A stretch of 64,000 nt of DNA from Nitrospirae bacterium MYbin3 (GTDB lineage: Bacteria > Nitrospirota > Thermodesulfovibrionia > Thermodesulfovibrionales > Dissulfurispiraceae). A program made the translations under genes and the position numbers. Numbering within the stretch: the stretch's first letter is position 1; every line of letters starts with the position of its first letter. Below, piece by piece: positions 1 through 8,986 of this stretch. The DNA lies in NCBI GenBank assembly GCA_002753335.1, contig PEAD01000010.1:1-64000 (forward strand), read 5' to 3'. Under the pieces are notes generated by a model. It ran no database searches. It was not told the DNA's origin and saw only the letters and a program-made list of their open reading frames with translations.

Positions 1-115
1 GGATTAGCCCCTTGAAAATCGGTCTCGTTTGAGTGGGATTGGGTACCTTATAACCGGTACCGGTTAGGTGGGATTTACACCCTTAAAATCGGTATCGCTT
101 TGCTGGGACGTAACA
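1..115. mobile_element. Probable transposon end: three imperfect 35-bp tandem repeats ending in ...GGGACGTAACA (5'-TGTTACGTCCC on the minus strand); the element likely continues left of the window
   Basis: Units 1-35, 36-70 and 71-105 all start GGATT and share CcTtAaAAtCGGTatCGnTT..TG (22-25/35 pairwise identity). The TGT terminus abuts the truncated ATPase frame. Confidence 0.6.
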
Positions 116-944
116 AGAAAGCCTCGCCGGAAGGTTTCGTCTGAACCTTGTACAGCCACTTTGCGGCAATGAGATGAGACAACTGCCCGAATATTCTTTT
201 GATGAGTTTCTGCGTTTCGGTGGTCTGCCGGGGCTGATTCATGAGCAGAGTGCTGGGGACAAAATGAAGCTGCTGAAGAATGTTCTCCAGACATACCTTC
301 TAAAAGACATAAAAGCACTTATAAAAGAGGAGAATATCAGAGCATTCAACAGTCTTCTTTACAGCATCGCCCAGAATCAGGGACAGGTTGTTTCCATTGC
401 CGCACTGGCTCGAGATGTGGGTCTCTCGGAGCCTGCTGTTAAACACCATCTTGAACTTATGGCCGCGACTTATGTCTGTTTTCCGATAGACAGTTACTTC
501 CGCAATCTTGCAAATGAGTTGAAGAAGGTGAAGAAATATTATCTATACGATACAGGCATCAGGAATTGTATTTTGAACGATTATTCTAAACTTTCCGGTC
601 GCCAGGACAAAGGTGCGATCATCGAATCGTTTGTAGCACTCTCTCTAATAAAACAGTTGAAAGTAAATATGGAGGTTAAGTTCTGGCGTACAAGGCAAGG
701 TGACGAGGTAGATTTTATCCTACTCAAAAATAGAATTCCGGTTCCGGTTGAAGTCAAATACCGCCTCTCCGAGCCGGTTGTGCCTGACGGAATAAAGAAG
801 TTTTTGCAGAAATATCATGATGCACCTTTTGCGCTTGTTTTTTCTAATAAAGCGATGGGCGAGATAGAGTGTTTTGAACGGTCGGTGAAATTTTTGCAAT
901 GGAACGAAGCAGAGAAGATAGAATATTTGGAAAGCGTGGAATAA
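114..944 (+). pseudogene. 5'-truncated AAA+ ATPase (AAA_14/DUF4143-like); Walker A/B half missing
   Basis: The frame is open from 114 (QESLAGR...FLRFGGLPG...KYYLYDTGI...EVDFI..PVEVK) with an in-frame TAA at 111-113. ESLAGR is normally internal, so the N-terminal domain is absent. Confidence 0.75.
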
Positions 945-1040
945 GAAAGGCCAGCTCCATTTTTAGGTGTGCTTCATTCCGGCAGAAGCGGATATGCCGC
1001 GTGCTGCAGATTAAGCTCCATAGATCAGCTTTTCCGAATT

Positions 1041-3065
1041 TTACCTACGGCTCAGTTCAATAATGAACTTTACTCCTCCTTCGATATTGACAGCAGATAT
1101 TTTGCCGCCCATATTTTTTTCTATAATGACTTTTGACATGTAGAGCCCCATGCCTGAACCTTTGTCTTTTTCTTTTGTTGTGAAATGCGGGTCAAATATT
1201 TTTGATATATGCTCTTCGGATATGCCGCCGCCGTTGTCAGAAAGCTCGATGACAATCTTTTTGTCGCTGCTGTAAAAATCGATCGTAATCGCCCCCTCCT
1301 GAATCAAGTCCTTGCTTCTTCTGTCCAGTATGGCGTCTTTAGAGTTGGTGAGAAGGTTAAGTATCACCTGTTTGAATTCGTTTTGATAGGACATTGTTTC
1401 ACATTCACCGCATGACACTATCTCGGCAAAATTACGGAACGTTTTTTGATGTGTGTGGCAGGTCAAGGCGTATGAAATAGAAGAGTTCTTCATCTGGACC
1501 GATAAAAGTGACAATATTTCTCCGGCAGCCATCTTTAAATCAAAGATCTGTTTTTCTTTCGAGGGATTCATGAAGTTGCGAAAGTCATCTATCGTTTTTG
1601 ACATGAACCGGATTTGCTTCATTGTTTCATCCACAGTCTTATCAACCAGCTGCTTGTTGAGCTCCCCATGTTCATAGGCATCTTCCATAGACTGAACTAT
1701 AAGCCCCAGAACATTCAGCGGCTGCCTCCACTGATGGGCTATAGCCCCGATCATCTCGCCCATCGCGGCCATTTTGGACTGCTGCACCAGCAACTCTTCC
1801 TTCTCAAGACGATGACTGTATTCTTTTAATGCAGCTTCCTTCAACTCTTTGTTCATTTGTTCAAGCAGTTCATTTTTGCCTTTCAGTTCATCATCCATAA
1901 GCTTGCGCTTTGTAATATCCTGCACTGTGCCGATGCCGTATAACGGCTTGCCTTCCTTGTCGCGCTCAATAGTTGCCCGTTCCCTCACCCATATTATCTT
2001 TCCAGAAACCAAGGTTCGGTGCTCAATATCATAGGGCGCCCCATTCATTGCAGCATCCCATGCCGCAAGAACCTTCTCGCGGTCATCCGGATGGATAACA
2101 GCGACAAAGGTGTTCAAATCTATGGCCTCCTGCTTCGGAATGTCGAACATTCTATATGTCTCATCCGACCATTCGAGCAGATTTTCGGGGATGTTCAGAA
2201 ACCAGCTTCCAATCTGTGCAACCGCTTGGGCGCGGTTCAAATTTTCCTCACTGCGATGCAGCTTCTCTTCAATCTTTTTGCGGTCTGTTATATCTTTTGC
2301 GGAATGAATTGCTCCAGTCAAAGAGCCCAATTCGTCATATATCGGAGATACGGTCATAGCATAGCATCGGCCGTATAAATTCAGTTCTCCTGTTTGGGCC
2401 TGTCCGGTTGAAAGCAGTCGGCTATAAAAACAGTATTCAGGCGGTGAATCAGAATCATGAAGCACTTTAAAACAATTTTTGCCTATGGTTTCTGATGACG
2501 TTTTGTTCAGCATCTTAAGCATTGTCCTGTTTATCTTGGTTATTTTGTATTCATGATTAACTATCATAAGCAGATCGTCCATTGCGTTAAACGTGAGTTC
2601 CCATTTTTCTTTTTCCCTGCGCACCTCTTTTTCGGCGCACTTGCGTCTGACATCAGCTTCATGCCTGTAAAGCGCCACATCTATCGTGCTCCTGAGGCTA
2701 TCCTGACTGCAAGGTTTCGTAAGAAAACCGAAAGGTTCTGTAGTTTTGGCTTTTGCTATGTTGTTGACATCAACATTGGCCGTTACAAAGACAATCGGAA
2801 TGTCATGTGACTTCCGTATCTCATACGCAGCTTCCACCCCGGTTATGGGGCCATGAAGCTTAATGTCCATAAGAATCAGGTCGGGCCTCAATTCAGCCGC
2901 TTTCGCTATCGCTTCTTCTCCGCTTGCTGCAATCGCCAACACCTCGTATCCAATAGCAAGCAAGGAACTCTTTATGTCCTTTGCAGTTACATACTCATCC
3001 TCCACCACCAAAATCCTTTTGGCCTGTATGTTCTCTGATATGGGCGCTTCAGTTGTTTTTGTCAT
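1041..3065 (-). CDS. Hybrid sensor kinase: REC-PAS-PAS-HisKA-HATPase
   Basis: ILVVEDE...PDLILMDI receiver domain, PAS/PAC motifs, H-box AHQWRQPL, DNGGG, FTTK and GSGMGL boxes. Confidence 0.9.
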   Translation of the reverse strand: MTKTTEAPISENIQAKRILVVEDEYVTAKDIKSSLLAIGYEVLAIAASGEEAIAKAAELRPDLILMDIKLHGPITGVEAAYEIRKSHDIPIVFVTANVDVNNIAKAKTTEPFGFLTKPCSQDSLRSTIDVALYRHEADVRRKCAEKEVRREKEKWELTFNAMDDLLMIVNHEYKITKINRTMLKMLNKTSSETIGKNCFKVLHDSDSPPEYCFYSRLLSTGQAQTGELNLYGRCYAMTVSPIYDELGSLTGAIHSAKDITDRKKIEEKLHRSEENLNRAQAVAQIGSWFLNIPENLLEWSDETYRMFDIPKQEAIDLNTFVAVIHPDDREKVLAAWDAAMNGAPYDIEHRTLVSGKIIWVRERATIERDKEGKPLYGIGTVQDITKRKLMDDELKGKNELLEQMNKELKEAALKEYSHRLEKEELLVQQSKMAAMGEMIGAIAHQWRQPLNVLGLIVQSMEDAYEHGELNKQLVDKTVDETMKQIRFMSKTIDDFRNFMNPSKEKQIFDLKMAAGEILSLLSVQMKNSSISYALTCHTHQKTFRNFAEIVSCGECETMSYQNEFKQVILNLLTNSKDAILDRRSKDLIQEGAITIDFYSSDKKIVIELSDNGGGISEEHISKIFDPHFTTKEKDKGSGMGLYMSKVIIEKNMGGKISAVNIEGGVKFIIELSRR

Positions 3066-3071
3066 TCCATG

Positions 3072-5798
3072 TCACTCCGTAATCGGGGGGGGGGAGAAAG
3101 TTATGCTGAATTTCGTACCGCCTTCCCGTGAAAGTTCAATTGTTCCATGCAATTGTGCTGTTAAACCATTTACCAGGTCAAGGCCGAGAGTTGCTGTATT
3201 GCGGAAGTCAATATCCGCAGGGAATCCTATGCCGTTGTCTTTAACAAACAAGACATATTTTCCTTCGCTGTTAATGTTAATACCGACACTGATTATTCCC
3301 TTTCTGCCTTCAGGAAAAGCGTATTTCAGGCTGTTGGAAACGAGTTCATTTGCGATCAGGCCGCAAGGGATGCCTGTATTCACATCAAGGGCAACAGGCT
3401 CCATATCCACTGACAGGTAAACTTCATGCCTTTTGTATGTAGATGCGATGCCATCAATCAGGCTCTTCAGATACTCTTTAAAATCAACATGGGCAAGGTC
3501 TGCCGCCCCATACAGCTTCTCATGGATCAGCGACATAGAAGCGATCCTATTCCTGCATTCCTCAAACTTGGCCCGTACTTCAGGCTCAGAAACACCCTTT
3601 GCCTGAAGATTCAAGAGGCTGTAAATCACCTGCATGTTGTTCTTTACACGGTGGTGAATCTCTCTGAGCAGCGTCTCCTTTTCTTTCAGAGAACGCTCTA
3701 TCTGTTCTTCGGCCTTTTTCTTGTCGGTAATGTCACGAGCTATTGCGAGCAAACCTATGATATTGTTGTCAGTCGACCGCAATGGAACCTTGATTGTATT
3801 GAAAGCGCGGAGTTCGTTGCCGACATTGGCTACCTCATTGATGTTCAAAGTTTCTCCGGAAAGTGTAGCCAGATCATCGTCCTGATAACCGCGTATTCCC
3901 TCCTCTGGGCGTCCGAGAACCAGATCGGCACTCCAACCATTCTCTATGTCTGTCTTGCCATATAGATCTTCCGGGGTCTTGCCGAGTGCATTAGCAAATG
4001 CTTTGTTGCAAAGGATGGTGCGCAAATCTCTATCTTTTACAAAAATATAGTCGTTGGAAGAATTAATAACATTTTCAAGAAGAGCAGTCTTCTCTCGCAA
4101 TTCTTGTGTGCGTTCATCAACCCTATGTTCCAATTCTATGTTCAGATCTTTAACTGTATTGAACTGTTTGGTAATCGCGTGGGACATTTTTTTATAGTTC
4201 TCAATAAGCGCTTTTGTCTCCTGAATATTGCTTTCCGGCCAAGTAATTACCTCACCGGAATAGATCTTTGTGGGAATGTCTGTGGATATAGCCCTAACAT
4301 CTTCTAAGGATTTCATGAACCTGCGACTCGTCAGTTCTGCTATCGCTATCGAAATAAGAAATATTGCAAAAATCCATGAAAACCACACAGCATATTGTTC
4401 GTATAGCTGCTTTTGAAACGGAGCCATTGGCTGTTCCACTATAAGTGACCATTCAGACATGCTGCCGATACTGCTTTCGGTTATGTAGAAAGCTTTCTTC
4501 CAGCGATCTGAAATAGAAACATTCTTCATGTTGTATGGAATCCAACTGAATATGCCATCACCATGGTTGATAGCTTCCCCTTCAGGTTGTTGATAATGCT
4601 GCAGTATCTTGAATTCCGGGCAGTTGCTTGCTATAACCCTTCTGTTCTTATCCAGCAGAATGAAATGAATATCAGGCAACGATTCGCTTTTTATATTTAA
4701 CTCTATCATCGATTGCACACTGTCAAGATTCAGAATGCCGGTTACATACCCAGCATAGTTGCCATTCTTTACCACCGGAGCCAGCGCTGTAACCATGGGC
4801 TTAGGGTTACCGATTCTCCCCATCACGACCTCAGACAGCATAGGTTTAAGCTTTTCTTTTAAAATGGGAATAAATGGTCTATCAGCAAAGTTCTTTCCAA
4901 TATTCGTCTGTCCAAGTTCATCAATAAGAGGGGAGTAGGCTGTTATTGTTGCTGATTTATCCAGCAATCCTATGCGCAAGAAATCGCTATCACTTATCCG
5001 CCTTTGATCCAACGCGCTCTGTATCATCGGCAACGACTGTTTTACAGACATCCAAGCCATATGTTCCACAATGTCGAGATGTGATTTAAGCCAGTTTTCG
5101 ACTGACGGCACAGTCTTCTGCACAGCAAGTTTCAGAGCTTTCCGAACAGATGTATCTGTCCGAGCAAGGTCAGAATGACTCTGGATAGAAAGTATTAACA
5201 GCGATGGAACAAGCACAAATAGAGCAAGAAGAGAAAAAATCAATTCGCGGAGAGGAAAAGCTACAGAGTCTTTATTCTTTAAACTAATCATGAAGATTAA
5301 CCTTGCCAATAGCGCGTTTGAGATGCCATTCAGAGCCTGCTTCATCATCGTCACAGAGGCGGTATAAAATGGCAGATGCATCACACCATAGTAGAAAATG
5401 ATAACTAGAGGGATACCAATAAAAACCCAGTAAATAGTATCGGCAAGTAAGATACTTATGTTACGCCGTTTTATGAGCATGCCAACAACGGCCACTTCTA
5501 ACGTCATAATCACGATTGCATAGGGGTGATTCCAGAGCAGATAAGTGCTGCTGCTAATGGCAAGGGCACTTAGCACACCCCATCGGTAACCGAAAAACTG
5601 AAGAGCCAATATCGAGAATATGCTGCCGAAAATAAACTGTATATTAAAAATTATCTCAAAGCGAAAATAGTTGCCGGCAAGTCCTGCAACTATAAGTGCA
5701 ATGAATAATAGTGCTGAGTGTTTTCGAGCAATAAAAGTCTGAGCACCAAAATTTGTCACTAATCCAGAGTCCGGATTAGATGTCTTTTCATAAGGCAT
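3072..5798 (-). CDS. Membrane sensor histidine kinase (multi-TM N-terminus, Cache-like, PAS, HisKA_2-type kinase)
   Basis: EIHHRVKNNMQ H-box, NELVSNSLKYAF, DNGIG and TLGL motifs. Start moved to ATG 5798 behind a GGAGG RBS. Confidence 0.88.
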   Translation of the reverse strand: MPYEKTSNPDSGLVTNFGAQTFIARKHSALLFIALIVAGLAGNYFRFEIIFNIQFIFGSIFSILALQFFGYRWGVLSALAISSSTYLLWNHPYAIVIMTLEVAVVGMLIKRRNISILLADTIYWVFIGIPLVIIFYYGVMHLPFYTASVTMMKQALNGISNALLARLIFMISLKNKDSVAFPLRELIFSLLALFVLVPSLLILSIQSHSDLARTDTSVRKALKLAVQKTVPSVENWLKSHLDIVEHMAWMSVKQSLPMIQSALDQRRISDSDFLRIGLLDKSATITAYSPLIDELGQTNIGKNFADRPFIPILKEKLKPMLSEVVMGRIGNPKPMVTALAPVVKNGNYAGYVTGILNLDSVQSMIELNIKSESLPDIHFILLDKNRRVIASNCPEFKILQHYQQPEGEAINHGDGIFSWIPYNMKNVSISDRWKKAFYITESSIGSMSEWSLIVEQPMAPFQKQLYEQYAVWFSWIFAIFLISIAIAELTSRRFMKSLEDVRAISTDIPTKIYSGEVITWPESNIQETKALIENYKKMSHAITKQFNTVKDLNIELEHRVDERTQELREKTALLENVINSSNDYIFVKDRDLRTILCNKAFANALGKTPEDLYGKTDIENGWSADLVLGRPEEGIRGYQDDDLATLSGETLNINEVANVGNELRAFNTIKVPLRSTDNNIIGLLAIARDITDKKKAEEQIERSLKEKETLLREIHHRVKNNMQVIYSLLNLQAKGVSEPEVRAKFEECRNRIASMSLIHEKLYGAADLAHVDFKEYLKSLIDGIASTYKRHEVYLSVDMEPVALDVNTGIPCGLIANELVSNSLKYAFPEGRKGIISVGININSEGKYVLFVKDNGIGFPADIDFRNTATLGLDLVNGLTAQLHGTIELSREGGTKFSITFSPPPITE

Positions 5799-5809
5799 TA
5801 TAACCTCCG

Positions 5810-5974
5810 TTAAACATAAACCATGAAAGCGCATCCCAATGATTCGATAACATTCGCAGTCATAAAACCAAGGCTAAGAATAAGCGGTCTGCCTGACGCC
5901 AGATTAGCTGAATTGCCTGCTATAAAGAGCGCCGCAAGTATCGCTGGCAAAAAAGAACGGCGGGTGAGCAGAAG
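5810..5974 (-). pseudogene. Fragment of a MASE1-like membrane sensor domain
   Basis: A minus-strand frame with no start codon reads LLLTRRSFLPAILAALFIAGNSANLASGRPLILSLGFMTANVIESLGCAFMVYV*, a MASE1-like pattern. Confidence 0.5.
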
Positions 5975-6181
5975 CTAGGATACCGTCCGTTATTTTTATG
6001 TCTCTTATCATTTTATCACAGTCTGATTAGAAGCCATAAAAAGACATTCTAGACGAGGTTAAAACAGCAATGACAGTTGTATCGGTTTGTAGCGTGCAAG
6101 GCAGAAAATATGGTAAAGTGAGATAGTCGGGTCGATCCCAGCTTCACTTTATTTTTCAAACCATAAAAGGAGATAAATAAG

Positions 6182-6556
6182 ATTAAAAGCAAAGAATCCG
6201 CCATAGCGGCCGCAAAGGCATGCGGCGACAAGAAAGCAAAGGATATAGCCATATTAGAACTTAAAGACCTCACCGTAATAGCCGACTATTTCGTAATCTG
6301 TTCAGGTGAAAGCACAACCCAAGTTAAAGCTATAGCGCAGCACATCGAAAGAAAACTCAGAGACGAAGGCACACGTCCTCTGCGTACTGAAGGAGCTCAA
6401 AACGCGCTTTGGGTTCTGCTGGATTACGGCGATGTGATGGTGCATGTTTTTGAGGAACAGACACGGGCTTATTACGAACTCGAAAAATTCTGGCTTGATG
6501 CTCCAAGGATACAGGTTAATGATAAAGATACGCCTGCTCTGGGTAGGAAAGAATAA
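6182..6556 (+). CDS. rsfS: Ribosome silencing factor RsfS (Iojap), probable ATT start; not in the ORF track
   Basis: Translation contains DKKAKDIAILEL...IADYFVICSGES..QVKAIA...WVLLDYGDVMVHVF....R.YYELEKFW. SD AAGGAG at 6167-6172, in-frame TAA at 6164, directly upstream of rlmH. Confidence 0.9.
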   Translation: MKSKESAIAAAKACGDKKAKDIAILELKDLTVIADYFVICSGESTTQVKAIAQHIERKLRDEGTRPLRTEGAQNALWVLLDYGDVMVHVFEEQTRAYYELEKFWLDAPRIQVNDKDTPALGRKE

Positions 6557-6959
6557 GGAGTCCTATCTTAATGATGGGATATCACATTATCTAAAGCTTC
6601 TGAAACCTATGGCCCAGTTCTCTATTGTCGAGATAAAAGAAGAAAAGGTCAAAACAGGAGATGCTGCCCTCGCGCTTGAAGCCAAGCGCATCTTTGACAA
6701 AACACAATCGTACATACTGCTAGATGAAAAGGGAAAAGAACACACTTCTGTCGGCCTTGCAGAATTTATAAAAGATAAATCAGCCCTGGATTTTGTGATC
6801 GGCGGCCCGTTCGGCGTATCGGAAGAGGTGAATGCAAAAGCTTCGCTTGTTCTGGCCCTTTCCCGAATGACGCTCACTCATGAAATGGCCCGGCTTATAT
6901 TCCTTGAACAGATTTACCGCGCGCTGACGATAACAAAAGGCAGGGGGTATCACCACTAA
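6519..6959 (+). CDS. rlmH: 23S rRNA m3Psi1915 methyltransferase RlmH
   Basis: LDEKGK, FVIGGPFG, LSRMTLTHEMARLIFLEQIYRA...YHH. Start adjusted to ATG 6519. Confidence 0.93.
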   Translation: MIKIRLLWVGKNKESYLNDGISHYLKLLKPMAQFSIVEIKEEKVKTGDAALALEAKRIFDKTQSYILLDEKGKEHTSVGLAEFIKDKSALDFVIGGPFGVSEEVNAKASLVLALSRMTLTHEMARLIFLEQIYRALTITKGRGYHH

Positions 6960-8275
6960 TGGGCAAAATTGCGATACTTGTATTTCTTATCTTCCTCGGC
7001 ATTCTCGGGTTCTTTGCGGTTGAAAACAAAGATATAGTTACCGTAAAAGTGCCCTTCGGTGATGTTTATGAAATTCCTAAAATAGCGCTGATACTGCTCT
7101 CCTCCACCCTTGGGGCCCTTGCAATACTTCTCGTTTTCTTCGTCAGGGACACAAAGCGCGTAATAGACAATATGCAGCAGAGCAAAAGGCAGCGACGCGA
7201 AGAGAAGGTCAGGGAATACTACTCAAAAGCGCTGAACGCCATTTTAGGTGATAAAGAGGAAGACGCAATCGAATCGCTGAACGACATTTTGAAAGAGGAT
7301 CCGGAACACTTGGATGCACTGCTGCGATTAGGTGATATAGCTATGAGCAACGGCGATTTCAGCATGGCTCAGGTGCATTACAAGAAGGCTTATTCGATCA
7401 ATACGAAAGGGCTGCAGGCATTGCTGTCGCTTGAATCACTGATGGAAAAAATGGACAGGCATGAGGATGCACTGAGATATATCGATGACATACTTGAAAT
7501 AGATTCCGAAAACCTTACGGCGCTCTATCGCAAGCGCAGACTGCTCGAAAAAAGAGAGAAATGGGATGCGCTGCTTTCGCTGCAAAAATCGATTTTAAAA
7601 CTTGAACACAACGAAAACGACAAGAACCGCGAGGAGAAGAAGCTGCGCGGATACACCTATGAATACGGCCGTGCAAGCCTCGAAAACGGTGAGATGGAAA
7701 AGGCCGAAAAAGCCTTTAGAAGCATCATTAAAATGGATGAGAGCTTTGTGCCTGCCTACTTAGGCATTGCTGAAGTGCTGCACAACAAAGGAGAGACAGA
7801 GGATGCCATCAACCTCCTGGAAAAAATATTCGAACAGCTGAATTCTGTGATAATCCTTGCACGCCTTGAGGATATGCTTATCAGCGTTGGCGAACCGGGC
7901 CGACTTATCCGTTTTTACAAAAGCGCTATTTCTAAAAAACCGAACGACGCCGGACTGAAATTTCTTTTGGGCAAACTTTTCTTCAGACTCGAGATGGTCG
8001 AGGATGCGCTGAATACGCTGAACGAAGTTGATACGAGCCTGCTTTCAACAACCGAATTCTACAATCTGCGCGGAGAGCTTTACCTGAAGAGAAACCAGAT
8101 TCCGAAAGCGATAGAAGATTTAAGAAAAGCCTGCGAGTTCAAAAAGACTCTTCTCATACCTTACTGCTGCTCAAATTGCGGGTTCCGGTCGATTGACTGG
8201 GCGGGCAGATGTCCTAAATGCCTTAACTGGAACACATATAAACTCGATATCTATAGCACCTGCAAGCTCAAATAA
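6959..8275 (+). CDS. LapA/LapB-like TPR protein with C-terminal rubredoxin-like metal site
   Basis: N-terminal 2-TM LapA-like segment, TPR repeats, C-terminal YCCSNCG...CPKCLNW. Confidence 0.75.
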   Translation: MGKIAILVFLIFLGILGFFAVENKDIVTVKVPFGDVYEIPKIALILLSSTLGALAILLVFFVRDTKRVIDNMQQSKRQRREEKVREYYSKALNAILGDKEEDAIESLNDILKEDPEHLDALLRLGDIAMSNGDFSMAQVHYKKAYSINTKGLQALLSLESLMEKMDRHEDALRYIDDILEIDSENLTALYRKRRLLEKREKWDALLSLQKSILKLEHNENDKNREEKKLRGYTYEYGRASLENGEMEKAEKAFRSIIKMDESFVPAYLGIAEVLHNKGETEDAINLLEKIFEQLNSVIILARLEDMLISVGEPGRLIRFYKSAISKKPNDAGLKFLLGKLFFRLEMVEDALNTLNEVDTSLLSTTEFYNLRGELYLKRNQIPKAIEDLRKACEFKKTLLIPYCCSNCGFRSIDWAGRCPKCLNWNTYKLDIYSTCKLK

Positions 8276-8278
8276 AAA

Positions 8279-8893
8279 ATGACCGCAAACCTTTATCAGC
8301 TATCCGCCCCTAAAAAGGTGGTGCTCGATACGAGCCTGTTCGTCAATCCCGATGTACGAGAAAATCTCGGGAAAACACCCACCGAAGCGCTCGAGACCTT
8401 TCTTGCTCTCGCAGCAAAAATAAAAATACTCGAATTTTATATGCCTCCGTCAATACTTGAAGAACTCTTAAACTTTGTTGATAAAGAAAAGATTACCGGC
8501 GAAATGCTATTGATGATCAACCAAAAGCCGCCCAAAAAGCATGAGCTGAAATGTCCCGGAATAGTGCTCTACGAACTGATCGAGGATATGAGAGAAAGGG
8601 TAAACAAAGGCTTGCGGGCTGCTGAAAAGGCTGTGCGCAGTGCAGCAGGAAAAGAGCCTGACGAAATAATTCAGGACTTGAGAAAAAAATACAGAGAGGC
8701 GCTCCGCGAAGGAATAATAGACAGCAAGGAGGATGTTGACCTGCTCCTTCTCGCACTAGAACTCGATGCAATACTGATCAGCGCGGACCAGGGGCTGATT
8801 AAATGGGCAGAAAAAATGGGCATCCAGTGGGTTCTGCCCGAACGCTTCAGGGATTATTTGATGGCTGCTGAAAAAAGCTCTCCTGATAATTAG
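8279..8893 (+). CDS. RNA-free ribonuclease P (HARP, Aq880 homolog, PIN fold)
   Basis: VVLDTSLFVNPDVR, R.R+NKGLR.AE, YREALREGIIDSKEDVD, SADQG...WAEKMG; the catalytic Asp residues are present. Confidence 0.88.
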   Translation: MTANLYQLSAPKKVVLDTSLFVNPDVRENLGKTPTEALETFLALAAKIKILEFYMPPSILEELLNFVDKEKITGEMLLMINQKPPKKHELKCPGIVLYELIEDMRERVNKGLRAAEKAVRSAAGKEPDEIIQDLRKKYREALREGIIDSKEDVDLLLLALELDAILISADQGLIKWAEKMGIQWVLPERFRDYLMAAEKSSPDN

Positions 8894-8927
8894 GGTTCTG
8901 ATTCGGGGCAGCGCCATATATTTTTTA

Positions 8928-8956
8928 TTGACAAAATATGTAACAAGTGTTACATT
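8928..8956 (+). promoter_or_regulatory. Sigma70-type promoter overlapped by a palindromic operator upstream of chrB
   Basis: TTGACA (8928-8933), 17 bp, TACATT (8951-8956); inverted repeat ATGTAAC-AAGT-GTTACAT at 8938-8955. Confidence 0.65.
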
Positions 8957-8986
8957 TGTATCAGGCATAACACTAAAGATAAAATT

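Noticed and set aside
51..66. Perfect 16-bp palindrome TAACCGGTACCGGTTA as a separate regulatory site
   Set aside because: It lies inside repeat unit 2 and is not kept in units 1 and 3.
1..110. Degenerate CRISPR array (similar 40-mers at 1 and 71)
   Set aside because: The apparent spacer is itself a copy of the repeat, so the true period is 35 bp with no unique spacers. No cas genes are in the window.
3063..3074. TGA readthrough or selenocysteine fusing the two kinases (TGA CAT GGA ATG is in frame)
   Set aside because: In-frame spacing occurs one time in three by chance, the downstream gene has its own GGAG RBS, and I see no SECIS-like hairpin.
6444..6518. ORF-track N-terminal extension of rlmH
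   Set aside because: It overlaps the rsfS coding frame; RlmH similarity starts at ATG 6519.
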